Source: Terriglobia bacterium
GTDB lineage: Bacteria; Acidobacteriota; Terriglobia; 20CM-2-55-15
NCBI GenBank assembly: GCA_965216035.1
Contig: CBDCFM010000004.1
Location: 2,780 to 66,779 of the forward strand
Length of the DNA: 64,000 bases
Direction of reading: 5' to 3'
Shown here: positions 29,552 through 39,891 of the stretch, piece by piece
Layout: each line of letters opens with the position of its first letter
Position numbering within the stretch: position 1 is the stretch's first letter
Notes under the pieces: model-generated
Told to the model about the DNA's origin: nothing
The model's input: only the letters and a program-made list of their open reading frames with translations
Databases searched by the model: none
Program-made: the position numbers and the translations under genes

Positions 29552-30518
29552 GGATGCACCGCACCCGATGTGTTTCGTCGATTGTGTCGAGCGGGATGTC
29601 CGAGACGGTGCACTCGTCGGTTCTCTCCGGGCAGCGCGACGCAAACGAACAGCCTCGAGGCAGGCGAAGCAGGCTCGGAACCACGCCATCGATAACTTCC
29701 AGCCGCTCCTTCTTGCGCAAGCTGGATCCGAGCCTCGGGATCGAACGCAAAAGCCCCCGGGTGTAGGGGTGCCGGGCTTCCTTAAACACCTTTTCGGCCG
29801 GCCCGATTTCGACGATCTTTCCGGCGTACATAACGGCGACCGTTTCGGCCACCTCGGCGATCACACCCAGGTCGTGTGAAATCAGCATCAGCGAAAGGTT
29901 GTATTTCTCTTGAAGGCTGTTGAGCAAGTCGAGAATCTGGGCCTGGATCGTGACATCCAGAGCCGTGGTCGGTTCGTCCGCAATGAGCAGAGTCGGGTTG
30001 CAAACCAGCGCCATGGCGATCATCACCCGCTGTCGCATCCCACCGGACAACTGGTGGGGATAGTCTTTCGAACGGCGGGACGCATCCGGAATGGCCACGG
30101 CCTTCATCGCTTCGACGCCTCGGTCCCATGCGTCGGACTTCGAGACCTTTTCATGGGCCAGAACGGATTCGGCAATCTGGTAGCCGATTGTCAGGACCGG
30201 GTTCAGGGCGGTCATGGGTTCCTGAAAGATCATCGACACCCGGCTGCCGCGCCAGAGGCGCATGCTGGCTTCGTCAAGCGCCAGAAGGTTCTCGCCGTCC
30301 AGAAGGATTTCGCCGCCGACTACACGCCCTGGATGCGCGATCAACCGGGTGATGGAAAGCGCGGTAACGCTCTTTCCCGACCCGCTTTCTCCGACCAGCC
30401 CCATGGTCCCGCCACGGCGGATCGTGAACGACACGTCGTCGACGGCTTTCACGACGCCTTCGTCGGTAAAGAAATGGGTTTTGAGGTTCCGAACGTCGAG
30501 AATATTTGGGCTTTCCAT
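29544..30518 (-). CDS. oligo/dipeptide ABC transporter ATP-binding protein (OppD/DppD)
   Basis: [28 protein letters not shown]. Confidence 0.93.
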   Translation of the reverse strand: MESPNILDVRNLKTHFFTDEGVVKAVDDVSFTIRRGGTMGLVGESGSGKSVTALSITRLIAHPGRVVGGEILLDGENLLALDEASMRLWRGSRVSMIFQEPMTALNPVLTIGYQIAESVLAHEKVSKSDAWDRGVEAMKAVAIPDASRRSKDYPHQLSGGMRQRVMIAMALVCNPTLLIADEPTTALDVTIQAQILDLLNSLQEKYNLSLMLISHDLGVIAEVAETVAVMYAGKIVEIGPAEKVFKEARHPYTRGLLRSIPRLGSSLRKKERLEVIDGVVPSLLRLPRGCSFASRCPERTDECTVSDIPLDTIDETHRVRCIHA

Positions 30519-30542
30519 AGGATGTTCGGACCCGTCAGGACA

Positions 30543-32174
30543 CTATACGGTGACGGCCTCGCGATACTCGCCGAAGACCCGACGGAAGGCGTCGGAAATT
30601 TCGCCGACGGATGCATAAACCCGAACGGCGTCCATTATCGCAGGCATCAGGTTCCGATCTCCCCTTGCGGCGTTTTCGAGTGCGACCAGGGCGTCCCGGA
30701 CGGCGTCGGTATCGCGACTGCCGCGAAGGGCACCGAGGGCCTGGACCTGGGTCACTTCCAGGTCCGGGTCCACCCTGTGGATGGGAATCCGCTCTTTCTC
30801 ATCCGAATTGTACCGGTTGACACCGACGATGACCCGTTCGTCGGTTTCGATCGAACGCTGGTAGGAATAGGCGGCTTCCTGAATTTCCTTTTGCACAAAA
30901 CCGCTCTCGATGGCGGCAAGCATCCCTCCGAGCGATTCGATCTTGTCGAGGTATTCGATCGTCTCTTTCTCAATCCTGTCGGTCATCGCTTCGATGGCAA
31001 AAGAGCCGCCCAACGGATCGACCGTATGGGTCACGCCGGATTCGTGAGCGATGATCTGCTGGGTGCGAAGCGCAAGACGGGCGGCGTCTTCGCGCGGAAG
31101 TGCCAGGGCTTCGTCCTTCGAGTTCGTGTGCAGCGACTGAGCACCGCCCAGGACTGCGGCCAGTGCCTGTAGAGTCACGCGGACGATGTTGGCGTCCGGG
31201 AGCTGTGCTGTCAGCGACGATCCGGCAGTCTGGGCGTGAAACCTCAACGTCAGAGTGCGCTCGTTCTTCGCGCCCAATCCCCTGGCAATTCGGGCCCAAA
31301 GCCTGCGCGCAGCCCGAAACTTCGCGCACTCTTCCAGAAAATCACTGTGCGCGTTGAAGAAAAAGGAAAGCCTCGGTCCGAAGTCATCGATGTCCATCCC
31401 ACGGTCCAGGGCCGCCTGGACGTATGCGATCGCGTCGCCGAACGTGAAGGCAAGTTCCTGGACGGCTGTGGACCCAGCCTCACGAATGTGGTACCCGCTG
31501 ATTGAAATGGTGTTCCAGTTTGGAACTTCTCGATGGCAGTACTCGAAGACGTCCGTGATGAGCCGGATCGACGGACGCGGAGGGTAAATGTAAGTTCCGC
31601 GTGCGATGTACTCTTTCAGGATGTCGTTCTGAACGGTTCCACGAAGCGAATCCGGAGAGTGCCCCTGCTTCTCGGCCACCACGATATAGAGCGCCAGGAG
31701 GATCGGCGCGGTCGAGTTGATCGTCATCGACGTGGACACGCGATTGAGCGGTATCCCCTCGAACAAAGTCTCCATGTCGGCAAGGGTATCGATCGCGACA
31801 CCGACCTTGCCGACCTCGCCTGCCGCCAGTTCGCTGTCGGAGTCGATACCGATCTGGGTGGGGAGGTCGAACGCAACCGACAGGCCGGTTTGTCCGTGTT
31901 CGAGCAGGTATTTGAACCGCGCGTTTGTAGCAGCCGCCGAACCGAAACCGGCATACTGCCGCATGGTCCACAGCTTCCCGCGGTACATCGTTTCCCGGAT
32001 GCCCCGGGTGTACGGGTACTGACCGGGATCCCCGAGACGCTTCGCGTAGTCGGCGGCGTCACCGTCGGAAGCCTCGTAAACCCGGTCTACTTCGGCTCCG
32101 GACAAGGTTCGAAACCGCTCTTTCCGTTCTTCGCCTTTCATCGGCGTTAAGCGTAGCATATCGTCTGGCGGCAA
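30543..32174 (-). CDS. methylmalonyl-CoA mutase, catalytic subunit (split form, no B12-binding domain)
   Basis: [45 protein letters not shown]. Confidence 0.93.
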   Translation of the reverse strand: MPPDDMLRLTPMKGEERKERFRTLSGAEVDRVYEASDGDAADYAKRLGDPGQYPYTRGIRETMYRGKLWTMRQYAGFGSAAATNARFKYLLEHGQTGLSVAFDLPTQIGIDSDSELAAGEVGKVGVAIDTLADMETLFEGIPLNRVSTSMTINSTAPILLALYIVVAEKQGHSPDSLRGTVQNDILKEYIARGTYIYPPRPSIRLITDVFEYCHREVPNWNTISISGYHIREAGSTAVQELAFTFGDAIAYVQAALDRGMDIDDFGPRLSFFFNAHSDFLEECAKFRAARRLWARIARGLGAKNERTLTLRFHAQTAGSSLTAQLPDANIVRVTLQALAAVLGGAQSLHTNSKDEALALPREDAARLALRTQQIIAHESGVTHTVDPLGGSFAIEAMTDRIEKETIEYLDKIESLGGMLAAIESGFVQKEIQEAAYSYQRSIETDERVIVGVNRYNSDEKERIPIHRVDPDLEVTQVQALGALRGSRDTDAVRDALVALENAARGDRNLMPAIMDAVRVYASVGEISDAFRRVFGEYREAVTV

Positions 32175-32199
32175 CAGACTCGCCTCACCGACAATTGGA

Positions 32200-32286
32200 T
32201 TTCAACGCAAAAACGCAATGACGCAAAGAGCGCAATGAAATCTATCTGTCTTTGCGAACTCGGCGCTTCTGCGTCTTTGCGTTGAG
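32200..32286. repeat. degenerate REP-like palindrome of the same family as 18084-18248
   Basis: TCAACGCAAAAACGCAATGACGCAAAG...CTGCGTCTTTGCGTTGA. Confidence 0.6.
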
Positions 32287-32298
32287 TCCTGTTCCTTC

Positions 32299-35133
32299 CT
32301 ACGATTTCCCCATGAGGACAAAGGGGGCCCAGAAATAGGGGTGCGGGAAAGACTCTTTTACGGAAAGGGCGGCCTGTTGCAACGCTTTGGGCTTGGTCAG
32401 GCCTTCGGCCAGACCTTCATAAAACCGACGCATGAGCTGAGTCGTTGAGCGATCGTTGACGCGCCAGAGGCTGACCACGAGAGATGGTGTGCCGGCGTAC
32501 AGGAACCCCCGGGTCAGACCGAGCAATTCATCGCCTTCATACAGGGCGCTCATTCCGGTTTCGCACGCGCTCAGCGTGGTCAGTTCCGCTCCGAGCTTGA
32601 GGTTGAAGATGTCCACCAGATTGAGCCAGCTGTCGCCGAGAAGGATAGAGGAAAACATCGGGTTGTCGCTTCGGAACACCCCATGAGCGGCAATGTGGAG
32701 CTTGCCGGCGGTCGGTCCATACTTGCGCAGCAAATCTGCCGTGGCCTCCGCTCCCACAAACACCCGCGCATCGGGTAACAGTTCTCGCAGGACGTCGGCT
32801 TCTTCCAGTATCGCTGGCGTGGACTCGTCGGCCACGGCCAGAACCAGATCCCTTTCCATCTCGGGCAGTTCCTTTTCGCGACATATTTTCAGGACCGATG
32901 CGCTGGCGCTGTAAACCACGTCGTGTCGATCCACGACGAAAGCCTCCCCGTCGAACAGGGCCTGAAACGGAACGTAATGAAGAACGTGGTGTGGAATGAT
33001 GACCAGGGAGTGTCCTTTGATCTTGTCTTCGAGCGGGGCCATCAGCAGGCGGTAGAGCTCTCCAAGATGGTGCGTCGTGGCTTTGAGTAATGTACCCTGA
33101 TGTTGCTTGAGGTACTCGGCACTCAGGTGAAATTTTGAGAGCTGGAAATTGAGACCCTTGAGACACGACCGGACCGCGTCGATGGTCCCGAGGTCCCGCT
33201 CGAGGTGGAATTGGGAACCAGAGATGACGAACGCGCAAAATCGATCTTTTATCGTGTAATACTCGATCAGCACTTCATGGTCCTCGAGCATTCCCTGGAT
33301 TTCCCGGAGCGATGGCAAAGCCATCGTTTCGAGCGCCACCCAGCCGTCCTTTTGAGAACCGGCCGCGCGGAGCAGGGCCACCAATTCCTTCTCGCGCTCG
33401 TCTATCTCGGTCTGGAGCGACTTGTCCGAGGCCAGGGAACTGATGGTCGTCCCGGCCTGGGACAAGCGGCTGTAGAGCCCGTTCAGATCCTGACGGGCCT
33501 TCTGGATGTCAGCAAAACTGGAGCCCGACCCGTTCGATTGCCAAACCGAATCCAGGTTCTGCTCCAGCAGGTCGATCAGCGTTCGTGACTTTGAACGTTC
33601 GACGAAGTCGAAAGCCTCGGTCCCCAAATCGGCCCGGATCTTCAAGTCGACCACGTTTTCATAGACCTGGTACTTGTCCCGTCCAAATGACATCCGGAAC
33701 TCGTCGAGCCCGATGTTGCCGCGGAGCGATTCCATCTCTTCGATGGCCTTCATATAAAGTCGTTCGGCCTCTTCGAGCGCGCCCTCGGAGGCTTGCAGTG
33801 ATCCCATCAGGTCATAGCACTGATAGGACACCCACTTGGCGTGGTAGCCCTCCAGGCCGGCCAGAGCCCGCTCGGTCTGGCCGATCGCTTCCACCGCCCG
33901 TCCCTCGTCCCTGAGGCACTGGGCCAGCACGATACGGGCGTAGGCGCCACGCACCCCCAGCTCCTGCTCTTCAAAGGCTTCGGCGGCCGCAAGGGCCAGA
34001 TCCTCCGCATCGGCAAAACGTCGCCTTCGTTTGAGGAGTCTCGCCAGCTGCAGGTCGACTGCGGCAACCGAAACGGCATTGCCCTCGTCACTGAACAACT
34101 CGCGAGCGCGACGGAAGGTTTCCTCGGCCAACTGCGTCTCGCCACGGTCGGACTGGGCGATCGCAATGTGGGTCAAACACTGCCCTGCTTCAAGGCGATT
34201 CGATTGCTCCTCGAAGACCTTGAGCGAGTTCTCCGCCAACTCCGCAGCTTCCTGGGGAAGATTCAACTGCAGATAGATTTCGGCTCGTGCCAGGTCGCAA
34301 CGTGCCAGGCGTCGGTCGTCACCCTGCTCCAGGTACGTCGGGCGTACCTTTTCCAGGCTCCGGAGAGCCTCTGAGTAACTGCCACGTTTGAAATACAGTT
34401 CTGCGATGTTTCGGTCAAGCAGGTCGGACCACAGGACAATCCCATGCTTTTCGCAATGATCTCGAGCGGTTTCGTAACTCCTCAGCGAGTCATCGAATCG
34501 GTTAAGCTCCGTCAGCACGGAGGCACGATTGAGTTCCACCGACGCTGTGGAAAAGTAATCGTCACCGTCCGCCAGCCTTTCCAGGGCCTGATCGTATTGT
34601 TCGAGCGCTTCCGGGAACCGGTGAAGACGGATGAAAGCATTAGCCCGAGCGACATGAAATCGGGGTAGATACTCTGTGTCCCCGGCCTCTTCAAGCAGCT
34701 GTTGGGCCCACTGGGCCAATTCCAGAGCCCGCTCATACTCACTGAGGTATGTCAGATTGTAAGACTCTGCACACAGGCTTCGTCCCAGTTCCCTGTGGGC
34801 GCCCGCCTGAACGAAGAACTCGCGCGCCTTTTGGTACAAGGGCTTGGCCTCGATGGCCTTCTTCACATTCATGAAAGCATGGGCCTTACACTGATTCGCA
34901 AGCCCCCACGCCAGCGCGGTGTCGACTTCGGAGGCCAACAGGAGTATGGACTCGGTCAAGACTTCGGCCAATTCGGGATCTTTTGGAAGGAATTCTCGGA
35001 TTCGGGAAGCCAGGGCAATAACGAGCTCGTCGGAGGGTAGGAAATCGGATTCTGAAATGAACGCACGTTGGCCTTCCATATCACGAACCTGGGCCAGCAG
35101 GTCCAGAAATTCATGGACAGAGGAAGGCTTCAC
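32299..35133 (-). CDS. TPR-CHAT caspase-like protease
   Basis: About 500 aa of TPR-like helices, then a CHAT domain with LHIAAHG (His), LSACETG (Cys) and HPYFWAPF. Confidence 0.92.
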   Translation of the reverse strand: MKPSSVHEFLDLLAQVRDMEGQRAFISESDFLPSDELVIALASRIREFLPKDPELAEVLTESILLLASEVDTALAWGLANQCKAHAFMNVKKAIEAKPLYQKAREFFVQAGAHRELGRSLCAESYNLTYLSEYERALELAQWAQQLLEEAGDTEYLPRFHVARANAFIRLHRFPEALEQYDQALERLADGDDYFSTASVELNRASVLTELNRFDDSLRSYETARDHCEKHGIVLWSDLLDRNIAELYFKRGSYSEALRSLEKVRPTYLEQGDDRRLARCDLARAEIYLQLNLPQEAAELAENSLKVFEEQSNRLEAGQCLTHIAIAQSDRGETQLAEETFRRARELFSDEGNAVSVAAVDLQLARLLKRRRRFADAEDLALAAAEAFEEQELGVRGAYARIVLAQCLRDEGRAVEAIGQTERALAGLEGYHAKWVSYQCYDLMGSLQASEGALEEAERLYMKAIEEMESLRGNIGLDEFRMSFGRDKYQVYENVVDLKIRADLGTEAFDFVERSKSRTLIDLLEQNLDSVWQSNGSGSSFADIQKARQDLNGLYSRLSQAGTTISSLASDKSLQTEIDEREKELVALLRAAGSQKDGWVALETMALPSLREIQGMLEDHEVLIEYYTIKDRFCAFVISGSQFHLERDLGTIDAVRSCLKGLNFQLSKFHLSAEYLKQHQGTLLKATTHHLGELYRLLMAPLEDKIKGHSLVIIPHHVLHYVPFQALFDGEAFVVDRHDVVYSASASVLKICREKELPEMERDLVLAVADESTPAILEEADVLRELLPDARVFVGAEATADLLRKYGPTAGKLHIAAHGVFRSDNPMFSSILLGDSWLNLVDIFNLKLGAELTTLSACETGMSALYEGDELLGLTRGFLYAGTPSLVVSLWRVNDRSTTQLMRRFYEGLAEGLTKPKALQQAALSVKESFPHPYFWAPFVLMGKS

Positions 35134-35199
35134 TTTCCAGTCGCGTCCTGCTTTCCTTTCGCGCTTTCCTATCGCGCGTCGCTGTCAGGTGTCACCGCA

Positions 35200-35805
35200 T
35201 CAAGCAAACTTCGGCTGGTTACGATGCACGCAAAAGAGGGTCACCTGCCCTTCGGGCAAGTCCATCGAGAGATGGTACGTGTCCTGAGGCACCTGGTCAA
35301 AGGCAAACTCACCCACAGGGTTGGTCCGGGTCTTGTACCGGATGATTCCATGAGATTCCAACCGCACGGGTGTATCGTCAAAAAAGTCGGTCGAGTCCGA
35401 TAATACCTGCCCGGCCAATGAGATGCGATCATCGTCGGCCGACTCGATCCGAATATCAACGTCTACCTCGCCAGCCTTGAACAAAAGTTGACGCGGTATG
35501 CTGCCAACATGGCGGATACCGGCAGGTAACGGCTGTTCGAAACTGTCGAACACGAGCTTGGCAAAGATACGACCCAACTTGCCCTCGGTCGGACGAAGCA
35601 CGGGCTGAAACAACTGAACACCCCACTCAAGCAATTCGGCCGGGGGCTCGTTAACGGCATCCTCCCGAATAAATCCCAGCAACCCCTTAAACTCTTGTGC
35701 TTTTTCACCGCACCGGCTGCATGAGGAGATGTGGTCGGCCACGCCCACCACATCGGTCTTGTTATCGACAAAATTCAGGATCGTTTCAACTGTTGGATGT
35801 CGCAT
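35200..35805 (-). CDS. putative soluble zinc-binding anti-sigma factor with C-terminal beta-sandwich domain
   Basis: N-terminal HxxxCxxC (HISSCSRC); no TM segment; between ECF sigma and CHAT genes. Confidence 0.7.
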   Translation of the reverse strand: MRHPTVETILNFVDNKTDVVGVADHISSCSRCGEKAQEFKGLLGFIREDAVNEPPAELLEWGVQLFQPVLRPTEGKLGRIFAKLVFDSFEQPLPAGIRHVGSIPRQLLFKAGEVDVDIRIESADDDRISLAGQVLSDSTDFFDDTPVRLESHGIIRYKTRTNPVGEFAFDQVPQDTYHLSMDLPEGQVTLFCVHRNQPKFA

Positions 35806-36024
35806 CGTCGTCTCCGTTTAGGTCGTTCTACCGTTGCGTCCTTGCGTTCGGTTTTTTCAGCTTTCGATCAGAATTCAACCGCGTTCCCCGCGCTTACTAC
35901 AAAAGAGCCATGGAGGACGGACAAAAATACAAAAAAGTGGAACAGGCGACGTAAAAGTCCTAAGTCTTTCGCGGGCATCAATCGGGCCGACCGCTGATTG
36001 GGCGACATTCGGCCAACAACTGGC

Positions 36025-36298
36025 CTAGTGGTCCCCGCCAGAGATAGCGTTACTAGATTTCGGAGTGCAACGGTGCCGGATTTGGGGGAGCGACGAGGAA
36101 TCAATGCTTCGACATTGTGAGGAGGAGCGACGCCAAAGACGGTACCGTTCCGCCCGAACCCGTAGGGCCGATGGAGGTTGCCCCTCACGAACGCTCAAAA
36201 CCGTCGAAAGTCACACATACCACGCGGTGGATCTCACTCATCAGTCCGCTCGCAACCTCCTTCGGAGATAGTAACGTTATCTCTGGCGGGGACCACTA
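36025..36298. mobile_element. MITE family A, long copy
   Basis: Same TIRs as 3941-4132 in opposite orientation, with ~80 bp extra internal sequence. Confidence 0.85.
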
Positions 36299-36299
36299 A

Positions 36300-36869
36300 C
36301 TAGTTGATGCCCTTGCGGCGCAAAATGGTCCTCAGCTTGTCCAGACAGCGAGCGCGGGTGGGCCCGATGCTGGCTACCGGCATGTCCAGCGATTTTCCGA
36401 TGTCCTCATAGCTCGGGCCGGATTTTTCAAAATAAAGCAACTGCAGCAACCGGCGGCACCGCTCGGCCAGAGTCGATATGGCTTCTCGAACCTTCTGTTG
36501 CTGGTCCGACTGGATTCGAATCTCCTCCATGGTTTCACCCGGATCCGGGGCCGCTTCAATTTCCTCCTCGTCGGAAATGTCCCTGTATTTCAGTGACTTG
36601 ACCTGGATACAGTGACGTGTCGTCGTCGTGATCAGCCAGGCGCTGACCTTCGATTCATCCTTTAAACTCCCCAGGTGCTCAATCAGCTTGACGCAAACCG
36701 TCTGGAACACATCCGAACAGTCCGCCGGCGAGAAGCCGAACTTAACCGGGATCGAGAAGATCAGCCGGCGATACCTCATGATCAGGACTTCCCAGGCTTC
36801 TGAATCTCCACCGAGACACAGGGACACCAGCTTTGGATCGTCCATATTCTGATAACGGGAGGCTGTCAC
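36300..36869 (-). CDS. ECF RNA polymerase sigma factor
   Basis: Region 2 (AWEVLIMRY...DVFQ...WL) and region 4 (SYEDIG...MPVASIGPTRARCL); GTG start overlaps the upstream stop. Confidence 0.9.
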   Translation of the reverse strand: MTASRYQNMDDPKLVSLCLGGDSEAWEVLIMRYRRLIFSIPVKFGFSPADCSDVFQTVCVKLIEHLGSLKDESKVSAWLITTTTRHCIQVKSLKYRDISDEEEIEAAPDPGETMEEIRIQSDQQQKVREAISTLAERCRRLLQLLYFEKSGPSYEDIGKSLDMPVASIGPTRARCLDKLRTILRRKGIN

Positions 36870-37117
36870 TTCCGGATCTTCCTCGCTTTCCAGAAACTGT
36901 GGACCCCAAACCCAAGCATCGACACGGAGAACACTCCGGCGAGCCACAGACGCCACACACCAAATTCGGGAGAATCGGTATAGCGCTGGTATTCCTGAAC
37001 CACACTGGACGCACCAATGATAAAGAGGGCAAGGAAAAACGCACCCAGGACTTCGAGCACGAGCGTGTGTGCGGTCAGGAAGGCATCTTTGAATGCAGTC
37101 TTGAATCTACCGGCCAT
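36866..37117 (-). CDS. small two-TM membrane protein upstream of the sigma factor
   Basis: 83 aa with two hydrophobic segments; GTGA coupling to the sigma gene. Confidence 0.65.
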   Translation of the reverse strand: MAGRFKTAFKDAFLTAHTLVLEVLGAFFLALFIIGASSVVQEYQRYTDSPEFGVWRLWLAGVFSVSMLGFGVHSFWKARKIRK

Positions 37118-37472
37118 AAATTCAGGTTGCTCCCTATTTCTTGCGGACAGGCAAAGACTTCCCCAAGAAGCTACTTACTCCGCGTCTCGACTCTGGACCT
37201 TGGACTTGGAACTTCTGATCTGCGAGAAGACTTCCGCTCTCTCCCTCCTATTGTGCCCATGGATCCTGAATCTCCCCACAAAAGTTTCGTCCGTCCGAAC
37301 ACGAAATGCAGCCTTTTCCCGGACGCTTGACTGCAGTTCAGACAGTAGAGTGAGCCAGCAACGTTAAGCCGTCCCACCGGGGTCTGGAAGAATCCCAAAA
37401 CGACAATTTGTGGAAAGATGTAGATTTTTGGGGTTGAAGCGTCGGTATCTGTATGTTATAATTATATACGAC

Positions 37473-37856
37473 ATGCAGTCTAAGAGCAAACTGGCGCGAT
37501 TGAGCCGGTACCGGGCCGCTTTGCGGGAAGCGATCGATGAGTTAGCCGAGTTGATCGAGGTGGGCTATGAACGCAAGCCGATGGTGAAGGGGACCGTGTA
37601 CGAGTTGGCGCGCAAGTGCGGCAAGGCTGGCTGTGCGTGTACGCGGGGACAGTTGCACCGCTCGATGGTGTTGAGCTGGAGCGAGGAGGGCCGGACCCGG
37701 TTGTTGTCGATTCCTGCTGAGCGAGTGAAGGGGTTGCGAGAGAAGAGTGAACGGTATACCCAGTATCGCGCGGCCCGGGCCGAGGTCACCCGAGTACAAC
37801 GGAGGATTCTGAAGCTGCTGGATCAAATCGAGAAGCTGCGGCGGGAGAAACCCTGA
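37473..37856 (+). CDS. DUF6788-like transposase-associated small protein
   Basis: GTV...RKCGKAGCAC.RG.LH motif. Confidence 0.75.
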   Translation: MQSKSKLARLSRYRAALREAIDELAELIEVGYERKPMVKGTVYELARKCGKAGCACTRGQLHRSMVLSWSEEGRTRLLSIPAERVKGLREKSERYTQYRAARAEVTRVQRRILKLLDQIEKLRREKP

Positions 37857-37869
37857 TGGGGAGTCCGGC

Positions 37870-39525
37870 ATGACCGTGTTTGAACGCAACGACCGGTTGG
37901 TGTGCGACGCGTTCCGGGACGGGGAGTTTGACTCGATCGAGGCGGCCGGAGAGGTCTCCGAGACGGACTTCTTTCGAGCCATCGCGGGCAAGAAGATTCT
38001 CGAGAAGTTGGCGGGGAGCTACCCGACCCCATTGAAGAAGCACGACGTACCGGTGTGGGTCTATATCGCCAGCAATGTGGCGATGCGCTTCCACGGGGTG
38101 CATCAGTTTCATGCCTATCCCTATGTCGTGCGCAGCGGGGGGATGGTCCAGGCCTTCGGCCCCCAGATGGGGCATCGGGCCATCCACCCGGAGACCGGCG
38201 ATGTGACCTTGGAGTGTGGGGGGTTCAACGACAAGAACAGCTACGACCGGCAGACCCCCTGTGATCAGGACTATCTGCGGAAGATGGCGCGCAAGACCGA
38301 CGCGGATCGCCTCCAGGATTGGTTCAACCGCGACGTGGTGGGCATCTTCCGACAGCATCGGGCCTTTGATCGGGAAGGGCTGTTCATCGGGGATGCGACC
38401 TATCTGTTCCTACCTGACAACCCGGCCTATGAACACGCCTCCTTGATGCTATTCAACGAGCACAACAAGCCGGTCGACGGTCTAAAACTGACCTCCAAAC
38501 AGAAACTCCGGTGTCAGTGGCGCCGGTGCTACAAACTGGTGACCCTGATCCACACCAATCGCGCCGGGGACTTCTTCCTATGGGCCGGACTGCGAGTCAG
38601 TCAGGGTAAAGATAACGACTTGCCGATACTGTACCGCATGGTCGACGAGTTTGTGGCCTATCATGGCACGGGAATCATCAAGCGGTTGATCCTGGACCGG
38701 GGGTTTCTCGATGGCCCCTCCATTGGTCGTTGCAAACAGGATTATGGGATCGACATCCTGATTCCGGCCCGTCGCAACATGGAGATCACCCGCGACGCGA
38801 TCGATCTGGCTGACGCCCAACCCGGGACGTTCCAATCTTGGACGCCTCCTGCACCGCCGGAGAAACCGGCTCCCCTTCATCGGCCCGCCGCGATTCGCAA
38901 ACGTGAGCAGGCCCGGCAACGCACCTTAGAGAAACGCCCCGTCGAAAATCCGCCCGATCCGGCCACCACGCGCGTGGGTTCGGAACTGGCCGTGGTCCGG
39001 GACCTGGAGTCCTATTCCAACTGTCCGGTCCCGCTCCATGCGGTGATCAACCGTGAACGCTATGCCGATGGGCACACCGATCAGTGGGTGCTCTTGGATA
39101 CCAAACGCATTGCGGATCCCGCCCAAACCCGCACCGAGTATGCGCTGCGCACCGTGGTTGAAGAGCGCTACCGGCAAACCAAGTGTTTCTCCGGCCTCGC
39201 CGAGTTCTCTTCCCGCGCATTCAGTCTCGTGGTCAACCAGGTCGTCTTTGTCCTGCTCACCTACAGCCTGCTGCAGTGGTATCTGCGGCGCATCGAACGC
39301 CGGAACATGAATCGGAAGACTCGCCCCCGCATCCTCGATGTGCTCCAGCCGACCTTTACCGTCATTCTGATTTACTACCAAAACTACGTCGCCTTCCTCT
39401 CTCCGCTCGAGCATCAGGAAATGGTGCTCACACTCAGCGAAACGGCTCGCAAGAAGATTCTTGCCAAGACCCGCCGGCTCCGTCGCGCCCTGGCAAATCA
39501 ACTGCAGAATCCTCGGCCTCCATAG
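37870..39525 (+). CDS. DDE transposase (IS4-superfamily-like)
   Basis: IGDAT, ILDRGF, YALRTVVEERYRQTK (YREK-like). Confidence 0.8.
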   Translation: MTVFERNDRLVCDAFRDGEFDSIEAAGEVSETDFFRAIAGKKILEKLAGSYPTPLKKHDVPVWVYIASNVAMRFHGVHQFHAYPYVVRSGGMVQAFGPQMGHRAIHPETGDVTLECGGFNDKNSYDRQTPCDQDYLRKMARKTDADRLQDWFNRDVVGIFRQHRAFDREGLFIGDATYLFLPDNPAYEHASLMLFNEHNKPVDGLKLTSKQKLRCQWRRCYKLVTLIHTNRAGDFFLWAGLRVSQGKDNDLPILYRMVDEFVAYHGTGIIKRLILDRGFLDGPSIGRCKQDYGIDILIPARRNMEITRDAIDLADAQPGTFQSWTPPAPPEKPAPLHRPAAIRKREQARQRTLEKRPVENPPDPATTRVGSELAVVRDLESYSNCPVPLHAVINRERYADGHTDQWVLLDTKRIADPAQTRTEYALRTVVEERYRQTKCFSGLAEFSSRAFSLVVNQVVFVLLTYSLLQWYLRRIERRNMNRKTRPRILDVLQPTFTVILIYYQNYVAFLSPLEHQEMVLTLSETARKKILAKTRRLRRALANQLQNPRPP

Positions 39526-39828
39526 CGCACCGGGCCCTCGTCATGGATTTCTATCGACCCTGTTTGCCGCATCATCCGGCGGTCGTCGCACTCGTGTCGC
39601 TTCTCGAGCCACACCCATCCCTTTCACCATCCTGCAACTCCCTGTTTCCCACGCAAAACTCCTATCGCCCGAAAAACCACACGATATCGATCGGATAGCC
39701 TCAAGGAAATCGCCGCAGTGTCTGAATCGCAGACACTGATTGATTGCTATCAACTCCTTCCTCGCGTACTCTTTTCGAAAGTTTTCCCAGCACAAGGTGA
39801 CGGAACGTCAGAGAGGCAACGGGAACTC

Positions 39829-39870
39829 ATGGCCCTCCCGGCAGGTACACGTCTCGGTCCCTACGAGTCC
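39829..39870 (+). pseudogene. N-terminal relic of a Ser/Thr protein kinase
   Basis: MALPAGTRLGPYE, then similarity is lost. Confidence 0.55.
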
Positions 39871-39891
39871 GCGACCATTGGTGCTAGGTGC

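Larger units (their letters stand above)
37331..39732 (+). mobile_element. two-gene IS element (DUF6788-like ORF plus DDE transposase)
   Basis: Candidate imperfect TIRs CTGCAGTTCAGACAG / GTGTCTGAATCGCAG; no clear target duplication. Confidence 0.6.

Noticed and set aside
28595-31172. Long plus-strand ORFs (366 and 420 aa)
   Set aside because: Antisense shadows of the ABC ATPases and the mutase
32299-35133. CHAT protein as part of a type III-E CRISPR system
   Set aside because: No cas7-11, other cas genes or array in the window
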